64,000 nt of DNA, from NCBI GenBank assembly GCA_020050435.1, contig JAGVKQ010000022.1, positions 17,305-81,304 of the forward strand. Direction: 5' to 3'. A model generated the notes under the pieces. It searched no databases. It saw nothing but the letters and a program-made list of their open reading frames with translations, and was not told the DNA's origin. The position numbers and the translations under genes were made by a program. Below are positions 56,455-64,000 of the stretch, piece by piece (the first letter of the stretch is position 1; the number at the start of each line of letters is the position of its first letter). Source of the stretch: Candidatus Caenarcanales bacterium. GTDB taxonomy: Bacteria; Cyanobacteriota; Vampirovibrionia; 2-02-FULL-35-15.

Positions 56455-57663
56455 TTATATCTTATCACTTATCTCTTTAATTATGTTCTGGGCTATTACT
56501 ATCCTCTGGATTTCTGACGTGCCTTCGTAAATCTCAGTAATTTTTGCATCTCTTAGGAATCTTTCCGCGTCATATTCCGTAGTATAGCCGTAACCACCTA
56601 AGATTTGAAGTGCTTTATTTGCAGCTTTTGATGCTAGTTCACTACAGAAAAGTTTTGCTTCTGCTGCCGATTTTGTAAATTTTTCACCAGTATCATGTAA
56701 GTTCGCTGCTTGGTAAGTTAATAATCTTCCTACTTCAATTTCAGTAGCCATTTCAGTTAGCATAAACTGAATAGCCTGAAAATCTGAAATCTTTTTTCCA
56801 AATGCTTCTCTTTGTTTTGCATATGAAGATGCTAAATCAAAACAAGCTTGTGCTATTCCCAAAGCTTGAGATGCTATTCCTATACGTCCTCCATCGAGAG
56901 TAACCATTGCAATTTTAAAACCTTCTCCAGTGCTTCCAAGTAAATTTTCTTTAGGTACTTTTACATTATCTAAAATTACCTGACAAGTAGAACTAGCTCT
57001 AATTCCTAATTTATCTTCTAGTTTTCCAAAGGAAACTCCAGCCATATTTTTTTCTACAATAAAAGCACTAACACCTTTGTGTTTAGCTAATCCTTTTTCT
57101 TTTAAAGTATCCAGGGGGATTTCTTGAGCAAGAACTACATAAACATCTGCTTCTTTTCCATTTGTAATCCATGCTTTTGTCCCATTTAAAAGATAGTAAT
57201 CACCTTTGTCTTCAGCTTTTGTAAGCATAGCCTGAGCATCTGAACCATTTCCTGGTTCTGATAAACAAAATGCTCCTAAGAACTCACCCCTAGCTAATTT
57301 TTTAAGATATTTTTCTTTTATAAAATCAGAACCAAAAATATTGATAGGTATGGAGCAAAGAGATAAGTGTGCAGCTAAAATTACGCTGGTTGTAGCACAA
57401 ACTTTGGCTAATTCTTCTATAACTATGGAGTAAGAAACATAGTCCATTCCTCCGCCACCGTACTTTTCAGGTAAAGTTAGTCCTGTCATTTCCAGCTGTG
57501 ATAGTAATTCAAAATTTTCTCTGGGAAACCTATGTGTCTTATCTATTTCTCTGGCTTTCTCTTTAAAGTTTTCTTCTGCTACATCACGTATTGTTTTTCT
57601 TAAGAGTTCTTGGTCTTCAGTAAGCTTAAAGGTCTGAAAGTCTTTTTCTAGTACTTTTTCCAT
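56455..57663 (-). CDS. Acyl-CoA dehydrogenase
   Basis: FCLSEPGNGSD, NGTKAWITNG, LGGYGY and IYEGTSEIQR motifs. Confidence 0.95.
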   Translation of the reverse strand: MEKVLEKDFQTFKLTEDQELLRKTIRDVAEENFKEKAREIDKTHRFPRENFELLSQLEMTGLTLPEKYGGGGMDYVSYSIVIEELAKVCATTSVILAAHLSLCSIPINIFGSDFIKEKYLKKLARGEFLGAFCLSEPGNGSDAQAMLTKAEDKGDYYLLNGTKAWITNGKEADVYVVLAQEIPLDTLKEKGLAKHKGVSAFIVEKNMAGVSFGKLEDKLGIRASSTCQVILDNVKVPKENLLGSTGEGFKIAMVTLDGGRIGIASQALGIAQACFDLASSYAKQREAFGKKISDFQAIQFMLTEMATEIEVGRLLTYQAANLHDTGEKFTKSAAEAKLFCSELASKAANKALQILGGYGYTTEYDAERFLRDAKITEIYEGTSEIQRIVIAQNIIKEISDKI

Positions 57664-57739
57664 GTTTTTATTTTAACATTAAAAAAAAATAATGAATCTA
57701 TCTTGATTTTTTAGGTGATTTATCTGAGAATAAAGCTTA

Positions 57740-58474
57740 ATGCTTTCTATATCCCCTACGACTTTAACAACTCAAATAAAAATTCCAATCCCAAAGAAAG
57801 AATTTATTGCTCTTTCACATTCAAAAACTATTGATAATAAAGCTTGCTTTAATTCAAATATAGTGAGATTTGGTTATGAATTAATCTTAAATCAAGAACC
57901 TGGATTAACTGGGCATCACTTTTTAGAAGAATGTAGAGAAATGATTGCTGATGTAGCCAAAGCTCAATGTGATCAAAACCCTAGCATGGGTAATATTCAA
58001 CTTCCTGAAGCAGAGATAGTAGACTTGTCAAAAACGGTTACTGATATGGGATATTCTAGAGATATTGTAGAGCCTATTGTGGAATGTGCTTATGATTTTT
58101 TAAAATCTCATGATGAAAAGACTGCTCAATCATTTTTACTTAAATGTGATTATAGTGTAGCTAAAAGGGTTTTAAGAGCAAAATATATTAGAGATGGAAA
58201 CCAACTAAATGAACTGGACAATTCGACCTGTCGGGCTTTAATGAAACACAAACTAATTGAATGTGCAACATCTATTTCAAATAAATCCCTTGTATCTTGC
58301 GATGAAAAAACAAGAAAAAAAGCTCTTGAAGATTTTGAAACTATATTAGAAGTCGTAGGATTAGGAATCCCTGAAAATGTTATTGATTTTAATGTGATCT
58401 CTCATTTACAAGATCCAGGGAAGGTGTTTTTTATAGGCGATCGTGTCAATTTTGGTAGGTATTTAGCAGCTTAA
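57740..58474 (+). CDS. Hypothetical orphan protein
   Basis: 244 aa; S/T/P-rich N-terminus. Confidence 0.7.
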   Translation: MLSISPTTLTTQIKIPIPKKEFIALSHSKTIDNKACFNSNIVRFGYELILNQEPGLTGHHFLEECREMIADVAKAQCDQNPSMGNIQLPEAEIVDLSKTVTDMGYSRDIVEPIVECAYDFLKSHDEKTAQSFLLKCDYSVAKRVLRAKYIRDGNQLNELDNSTCRALMKHKLIECATSISNKSLVSCDEKTRKKALEDFETILEVVGLGIPENVIDFNVISHLQDPGKVFFIGDRVNFGRYLAA

Positions 58475-59436
58475 TTTTTTCTCTTAATAACTTCTTTTGC
58501 TGCTTCTGCAATTTTTTCTTTAGATAAACCGTAGTGAATTAAAAGCTCATCGCCTTTTCCACTTTGACCGAATATATCCATCACACCAATTTTCTTAAGT
58601 GGTGATGGTAATTCTTCTGATAAAACTCCTGCTACAGCATCACCTAATCCAGCGATTACATTATGCTCTTCACAAGTTACTGCGCAGCCTGTTTTTCTAA
58701 CTGAAGCTAAAATCGTTTCTTTGTCGAGTGGTTTAATAGTAGAAACATTTATGATTTCTGCACTGATGCCTTCTTTTTGAAGAAGCTCTTGTGCCCATAA
58801 TGCACGACTGACCATAACTCCACATGCAAAAATAGATACATCAATTCCAGGTTTAATAACCTGTGCTTTTCCTATTTCAAACTTATATTCTTTTTCATCA
58901 AATAGAACAGGGACATTAGATCTGCCTAATCTCATATAAACAGGTCCGACAAACTTTGCAATTTCAAAAGTAGCAAGCTTTGCTTCTGTAGCATCAGCAG
59001 GGACAATAACTGTCATTCCTGGAATTACTCTCATAAGTGCAAGGTCTTCAATGATTTGATGTGATGCACCGTCTTCCCCTACTGTTAAACCAGCATGAGT
59101 AGCGCATATTTTTACATTAAACTTATTATGGCAAACAGCGTTACGAACAAATTCCCATGCACGTCCAGCTGCAAACATAGCAAAGCTAGATGCAAAAGGA
59201 ATCTTGCCGCATGTAGAAAGTCCTGCTGCTACACCGATCATATTTTGTTCAGCAATTCCCATATTGAAAAATCTATCTGGAAATTCTTTAGCAAAAAATT
59301 TAGTCTGTGTAGATCCACATAAGTCAGCATCTAAAACAACTACATTAGGATTTGTTTTCCCTAGCTCAGCAAGTGCTTTTCCATATGCCACTCTGGTAGC
59401 AATCATTTCTTTAGATTCAACTACTGTTGCTCCCAT
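58471..59436 (-). CDS. Transketolase, C-terminal subunit
   Basis: GIAEQNM, GEDGASHQ and EEH...GLG motifs. Confidence 0.95.
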   Translation of the reverse strand: MGATVVESKEMIATRVAYGKALAELGKTNPNVVVLDADLCGSTQTKFFAKEFPDRFFNMGIAEQNMIGVAAGLSTCGKIPFASSFAMFAAGRAWEFVRNAVCHNKFNVKICATHAGLTVGEDGASHQIIEDLALMRVIPGMTVIVPADATEAKLATFEIAKFVGPVYMRLGRSNVPVLFDEKEYKFEIGKAQVIKPGIDVSIFACGVMVSRALWAQELLQKEGISAEIINVSTIKPLDKETILASVRKTGCAVTCEEHNVIAGLGDAVAGVLSEELPSPLKKIGVMDIFGQSGKGDELLIHYGLSKEKIAEAAKEVIKRKN

Positions 59437-60269
59437 TAAACTAGCTCCTTAAGTGCATTAGCCAGCTCTTCATCATTTGGTGCTACACCATGCCATTTGA
59501 CTTGGTCTTCCATGAATGTTACGCCTTTGCCTTTAATAGTGTGAGCAATAATTACACAAGGTTTATTTTCTTTTGGTCCTATTTCATGAGTCTTTAAAAT
59601 AGCGTCATTGAGCTGATTTAAGTCATGTCCATCTACTTCCTGAACATGCCAATTAAAAGCTTCAAACTTTTTACCTATAGGCTCAAGTGCCATGGTTTCT
59701 TCAGTCCAGCCGTCAAGTTGAATTCTGTTTCTATCTAAAATTGTAGTTAGATTTCCTAAATGATAATGCCCTGCTGACATAATTGCTTCCCATGATGAAC
59801 CTTCTTGAAGTTCGCCATCACTTTGAAGTAAGTAAATTCTGTTTTTAAATTTGTTTAATCTGGATCCTAATGCAGCACCGACTGCAAAAGTAGAACCTTG
59901 TCCGAGTGATCCTGTAGAAGTTTCTACACCAGGAACGCGGAGTCTGTCTGTGTGACCTTGGTAAGGAGAACCTAATTGTCTAAAAGTTAAAAGATCATCA
60001 CCTTTAAAATATCCAGCTTTTGCAAGAATAGAATAAACAAGTGGAGTTGCATGTCCTTTACTGACTACAAGCCTGTCCCTGTCTGGTTTCTCAGGATTCT
60101 TCGGATCATAATTCATCACTGCAAAATATAAAACAGCAGCAATTTCGCATGCAGACATAGAACCTCCAGGATGGCCTGAGGCTTGAGCATTTACCATTTT
60201 AAGGATGGTTTTACGGAGATCTTTACAGATTTCTGTGAGTTCTTTATGTTTTTTCTCGCTAAGTGGCAT
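59436..60269 (-). CDS. Transketolase, N-terminal (TPP-binding) subunit
   Basis: SGHPGGS, SKGH, TGSLGQG, DGELQEG and TIKGKG motifs. Confidence 0.95.
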   Translation of the reverse strand: MPLSEKKHKELTEICKDLRKTILKMVNAQASGHPGGSMSACEIAAVLYFAVMNYDPKNPEKPDRDRLVVSKGHATPLVYSILAKAGYFKGDDLLTFRQLGSPYQGHTDRLRVPGVETSTGSLGQGSTFAVGAALGSRLNKFKNRIYLLQSDGELQEGSSWEAIMSAGHYHLGNLTTILDRNRIQLDGWTEETMALEPIGKKFEAFNWHVQEVDGHDLNQLNDAILKTHEIGPKENKPCVIIAHTIKGKGVTFMEDQVKWHGVAPNDEELANALKELV

Positions 60270-60334
60270 GAGATAAATATTTTAACAAATGAAAGGACTC
60301 TCTGAGGCGTCTTTACCTCTTTCATATCACTGTT

Positions 60335-60360
60335 GAGACTTGCCAAGGCAAGTCTTTACG
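60335..60360 (-). repeat. GTA-led REP-like hairpin
   Basis: Minus strand CGTAAAGACTTGCC-TT-GGCAAGTCTC; degenerate copy at ~60292-60316. Confidence 0.55.
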
Positions 60361-60382
60361 GGCGGACTTGCTTAACGGTTTT

Positions 60383-61624
60383 CTAATCCCAACTCCTTAT
60401 CTTCATTGCATCACGCACTCTGTGCAATGTTTCTTTTACGGTTTTTCTTGCTCTTTTATTTCCTATATCTAGTATTTCAAGAATTTCTTTTTCATTTTTC
60501 AAAGATTGTCTTTTTTCTCTAATGGGGTGGAAATAATCATTCATGATATTTGCTAATCTGGTTTTACAGTCCATACATCCTATAGCAGCAGAGTGACATT
60601 CTTTTTTTACGGTTTCCAAAGTGTTTTTATCTGCAAATATCTCATAGTGTTTATATGCTACCTGACAATTTTCTACATTTCCTGGATCTGTTTTTTTCAT
60701 TCTGGCAGGATCTGTAATCATTTGTTTTACTTTTTTCAATGTCTCTTCAGGACTGTCTTCCATCTTTATGTCATTCCCATAAGACTTACTCATTTTTCTT
60801 CCATCAACTCCAGGAACTGATGGTGTTTCAGTAAGTAAATGCTGTGGTTCAGGAAATAAATCTGTTTTGTAAATGTGATTAAATCTTCTGGCAATATCTC
60901 TGCTCATTTCTAAATGTGCTACCTGATCTTTTCCTACTGGTACAGATTCCCCCAGGACACTTAAAATATCTGCTGTTTGTAAAACTGGGTAGCCTAAAAG
61001 ACCATATGTAATCTCTTCATTTTGCTTTTCTGATCTATATTTAATAAAAAGATTTAAGATTTCTTCCACTTTTTTTATATCATCTCGACAACAAGCAATA
61101 AATCCGCTATGTGACAAAGGTATATCATTTGCGTTTAGTTGGACAATGTAAGATGTTATAAATTTTATTTCATCATCTAACATTGCAATGCTCATACTAT
61201 GGATAAAATTAACTAATTCTCTCTCTGCGCCAAGTTCCTTTAGTCTTTTACTTAATTGAAATAAAGCTTGATTACTTGGTAGATTTTCTTTTAAAGTAGG
61301 ATCTCTCTCCACCCAGTTTTGGTAAGTAATCATAGAAAGTAAAAGATGCAGTTCTGCTACTTCTGGAATGGCTGATTGAACGTAGAGAGTACATTTATTC
61401 GGGTCTATGCCAGAAGCTAAAATATCTTTTGCTACTTCTATAGTATTTTGATTTAATTCATGAGTGTCTTTATATTTAGTAGTTAATGTGTGCCAGTCAG
61501 CTATGAAATAAAAACATTCATGCTCATCTTGGAGTTTTGCCCAGTTCCTAAGTACACCTAAATAATGTCCGATATGGAGTGAACCTGTAGGTCTTATGCC
61601 TGAGAGTAATCTTTTTTTAGCCAC
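60383..61624 (-). CDS. trpS: Tryptophan--tRNA ligase with a large internal insertion
   Basis: SGIRPTG.LHIGH, GYPVLQTADIL, VPVGKDQ and KMSKS motifs. Confidence 0.96.
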   Translation of the reverse strand: MAKKRLLSGIRPTGSLHIGHYLGVLRNWAKLQDEHECFYFIADWHTLTTKYKDTHELNQNTIEVAKDILASGIDPNKCTLYVQSAIPEVAELHLLLSMITYQNWVERDPTLKENLPSNQALFQLSKRLKELGAERELVNFIHSMSIAMLDDEIKFITSYIVQLNANDIPLSHSGFIACCRDDIKKVEEILNLFIKYRSEKQNEEITYGLLGYPVLQTADILSVLGESVPVGKDQVAHLEMSRDIARRFNHIYKTDLFPEPQHLLTETPSVPGVDGRKMSKSYGNDIKMEDSPEETLKKVKQMITDPARMKKTDPGNVENCQVAYKHYEIFADKNTLETVKKECHSAAIGCMDCKTRLANIMNDYFHPIREKRQSLKNEKEILEILDIGNKRARKTVKETLHRVRDAMKIRSWD

Positions 61625-61645
61625 GAAATTTATTATATCGTAACA

Positions 61646-61739
61646 ACGTCATTGCGAGGAGTGTAACGACGAAGCAATCTCACAATCGTCACACGTTAAT
61701 AGATTGCCACGCCTCATTTCATTCGGCTCGCAATGACGT
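61646..61739. repeat. Full RPE-like palindromic element
   Basis: ACGTCATTGCGAG...GAAGCAATCT...AGATTGCCAC...CTCGCAATGACGT. Confidence 0.85.
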
Positions 61740-61767
61740 GTTGCGTCTCTTACGATATAATTGCTTT

Positions 61768-62640
61768 ATGACTGAAAATAAAAAACTAAAAGTAGCAGTT
61801 ATTCAAATGACTAGTGGTTCTGACAAAGAAAAGAACTTAGAATCAGCTACTAGCCTAATAAACTACGCTATAAAAAAGGGAGCTGAATTTATTGCTCTTC
61901 CCGAAGTCTTTAATTTCAGAGGACATTTAGATGAAGCAGCAAATGCTGCAGAAGAAATACCTGGACCTTCTACTGATAAGCTTTCAAAAGTTGCTAAAGA
62001 AAATAAAGTTTGGATTTTAATCGGCAGCATGATGGAAATAATTCGAGCTGAGAGCCGAGAATTGAGAGCTGAGAAGAAAAATCGCAGCTCGCAGCTCGCA
62101 GCTTGCAGCTCAAAACCTTATAACACATCTGTTCTTATTGATCCAAAAGGAAATATCGTCGCCAAGTATAGCAAAATGCATTTGTTCGACATCAAGTTAA
62201 AAGGAAAAGAAATATTAGAATCCAGCAGAAATCAAGCGGGTGCAAAACCATGTTTAACAGAAGTCCATGGTATAAAAACTGCCCTCAGTATTTGTTATGA
62301 TTTACGATTCCCAGAATTATTTAGAGATCATTCAGAAAATGGTGCAGAAATAATTTGTGTGCCATCTTCATTTACAAAAGTTACTGGTGAAGCTCATTGG
62401 GAAACATTACTGAGAGCTAGAGCCATTGAAAACCAATGTTTTGTTCTAGCACCGAACCAGGCTGGCATAGGATCTGGCGGAGTGAAAACTTATGGTCACA
62501 GTATGATTATAGATCCGTGGGGAAAAATCTTAGCAGAAGCACCAGATACAGGTGAAGCAGTAATTACTGCAGATTTGGATTTTACTTACTTAAAAAAAAT
62601 TAGAGAAAACTTACCTTGTTTAAAACATAGGAAGATGTAG
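61768..62640 (+). CDS. Carbon-nitrogen hydrolase (Nit1/deaminated glutathione amidase-like)
   Basis: LPE, YSKMHLFD, ICYDLRFPE and ARAIEN motifs; carries an in-frame repeat insertion. Confidence 0.93.
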   Translation: MTENKKLKVAVIQMTSGSDKEKNLESATSLINYAIKKGAEFIALPEVFNFRGHLDEAANAAEEIPGPSTDKLSKVAKENKVWILIGSMMEIIRAESRELRAEKKNRSSQLAACSSKPYNTSVLIDPKGNIVAKYSKMHLFDIKLKGKEILESSRNQAGAKPCLTEVHGIKTALSICYDLRFPELFRDHSENGAEIICVPSSFTKVTGEAHWETLLRARAIENQCFVLAPNQAGIGSGGVKTYGHSMIIDPWGKILAEAPDTGEAVITADLDFTYLKKIRENLPCLKHRKM

Positions 62641-62650
62641 AGAATATAAA

Positions 62651-63277
62651 TTAAGCAGCACTCTTTGCCTGAGCTATTAAAAAAGGAATAAGTCTGTTTA
62701 TTTCATCAATTTCTAATGGGGTAAACTCTTTATGATCATAAGGTAATGTAAGTCGAGCAGTAGGCCTATCACCATCATCATGGGCATCCAGGTTACTTAA
62801 AACCCAATGCTTATCTAGTCCTTCAGCTTGATAGACATTATCTAATTCACATTCAGCAGACATTCCCATAGTATCCTCTATTACTAAAGGAAGAAAAATC
62901 CCGCCTTCACTTGCATCGATAGCAATATTTCCTTTATAATCAACTTGTTGTTTAAAAGAAACATTGGACAAATCAGAAACCCCCCTTCTAGCAATTTCCA
63001 AAGAATCTCCATCCCCAGAAGATATTATTATTTTTGCAATTGAAGGATTAGCTGCTAACATTTTCACGAAATCTTCACTTCCAGGAAATAATTCATCTTT
63101 AAGATTAATTAAGGTTCTGCCACAGTCTATAACTGCAATAGCTTTGTCACTTGAAAAAGTAGGCTCTTCAGGTAACTTTAAGTAGGATTTTCCTAGTGAT
63201 CTAAATCCCGCCCACGGATAAGTGGCATCTTTAATTGGAATTGTAAAACCTGGAATATCTCTAACTGATAATGTCAT
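62651..63277 (-). CDS. Orphan protein, possibly HAD-like
   Basis: IAVIDCGRTL, IISSG and VIED resemble HAD motifs I, II and IV. Confidence 0.5.
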   Translation of the reverse strand: MTLSVRDIPGFTIPIKDATYPWAGFRSLGKSYLKLPEEPTFSSDKAIAVIDCGRTLINLKDELFPGSEDFVKMLAANPSIAKIIISSGDGDSLEIARRGVSDLSNVSFKQQVDYKGNIAIDASEGGIFLPLVIEDTMGMSAECELDNVYQAEGLDKHWVLSNLDAHDDGDRPTARLTLPYDHKEFTPLEIDEINRLIPFLIAQAKSAA

Positions 63278-63342
63278 TTGTGATTTCCTTAAAATGTTTT
63301 TATCATAGTATTATTTATTTTTTTATTAATCAAGTAAAGTGG

Positions 63343-63363
63343 ATTAAATTTCTCTAATAATAC
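63343..63363 (-). promoter_or_regulatory. Conserved upstream motif, copy 3, ahead of a TTGATT-N17-TACTAT promoter
   Basis: Exact match to 15830-15850. Confidence 0.65.
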
Positions 63364-63372
63364 GGATTTGGA

Positions 63373-63915
63373 TTAACTGACTACCGTCTCTTGTTTATTT
63401 GCGCCGAACAATGTACTTACTTCTTTGTTTTGAATAACAGCCATCATTAAGATATCTCCACCTGGATAGCCGTAATAGCCATCTATTAAAAAACCATTGT
63501 CATGAATTTGATCTTGTAAAACTTTTGGTTTTATTTTTTGAACTGAATTATCTATTTCTTCTTTCTTGAAACCCGAAAACATTTTTTCAATAAATCCAAT
63601 TTCCGTATTTGCTGAAATAATCAACATGCCAGTTGGAAGAAGAAGCCTTCTTGCTTCATTATAGAAAGGTGCTGTGCTGTGTGGTGTACTGGCTTGTTGC
63701 AACAAGCCAGTACGATCGCATAACGAATAATCTATCACTATGCGTGTAAATGTATTGTCTTTTAAATCTTCTATTGTGGGTGAATTTACAATCGAATTGT
63801 TTTCTTTTATTTGATTAATAAATTCTTCTTCCCATTTACCGACAATAAGAACTGATTGTCCTTTACCAATAGCTTTCAATATTCTTTTTTTTATTTTCTC
63901 TGGTTTTGTAATCAT
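63373..63915 (-). CDS. Hypothetical protein, degenerate methyltransferase-like fold
   Basis: ATG after AAGGA; EARRLL.P.G.LIIS motif. Confidence 0.55.
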   Translation of the reverse strand: MITKPEKIKKRILKAIGKGQSVLIVGKWEEEFINQIKENNSIVNSPTIEDLKDNTFTRIVIDYSLCDRTGLLQQASTPHSTAPFYNEARRLLLPTGMLIISANTEIGFIEKMFSGFKKEEIDNSVQKIKPKVLQDQIHDNGFLIDGYYGYPGGDILMMAVIQNKEVSTLFGANKQETVVS

Positions 63916-63937
63916 TCCTTCTCCCTTACTTGCAATT

Positions 63938-63972
63938 AAAGGATCCATTCGATTTACTCGATGGATCCGAAC
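63938..63972 (-). repeat. Third copy of the GGATCCA-type REP
   Basis: Minus strand GTTCGGATCCATCGAGTAAATCGAATGGATCCTTT matches 51016-51050. Confidence 0.75.
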
Positions 63973-64000
63973 AGACTGTTGGTACAGTCCAGGGAGGTTT

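Noticed and set aside
21543..57683. Degenerate ATTA-N8-TAAT sites at ~21543, ~39065 and ~57678 upstream of other orphans
   Set aside because: Suggestive, but such A/T-only patterns are expected several times by chance; not counted as motif copies.
58471..60269. Transketolase frameshift or pseudogene
   Set aside because: Two-subunit transketolases are a known form; both parts are complete and translationally coupled.
61015..61285. Intein or intron in trpS
   Set aside because: No splicing motifs, and the reading frame is continuous.
359..63185. Numerous short antisense ORFs in the track (for example 359-577, 4312-4659, 11200-11625, 18689-19320)
   Set aside because: Shadow frames opposite well-supported genes.

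Overview
AT-rich bacterial chromosome segment; the gene style suggests a non-photosynthetic cyanobacterial relative such as Melainabacteria, which is inference only. Housekeeping genes (lipA, rlmB, PBP1A, ilvE, ilvD, a GltP-type symporter, msrB, two pfk genes, acyl-CoA dehydrogenase, split transketolase, trpS, nitrilase) alternate with many orphan ORFs that have S/T/P-rich N-termini. The main feature is a ~13.1 kb integrative element (22766-35890) in the 3' end of tRNA-His. It encodes a large serine recombinase, an Xis-like HTH, a Prim-Pol/helicase, DUF5659, an XRE repressor with tandem operators and two nuclease-like defence candidates, but no capsid or conjugation genes. The att site lies inside the recombinase gene: integrated, the protein ends ...PIWGR*, and excision at 35886-35890 would restore ...PIWGNTLERVRTAIINHKGHLYIPDYRDVA*. 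A second attR-like copy (26/32 identical) at 38062-38093 encodes an alternative tail. Other signals: a 24-bp direct repeat bracketing a gene inserted between xis and the integrase; a 21-bp motif upstream of dispersed orphan genes; lipA broken by an in-frame TAA within a probable 12-nt insertion; several REP-like palindrome families, some nested and some inside genes; an LRR-less Roc-COR GTPase; a PPi-/ATP-PFK tandem; and a ~80-aa insertion in TrpRS.
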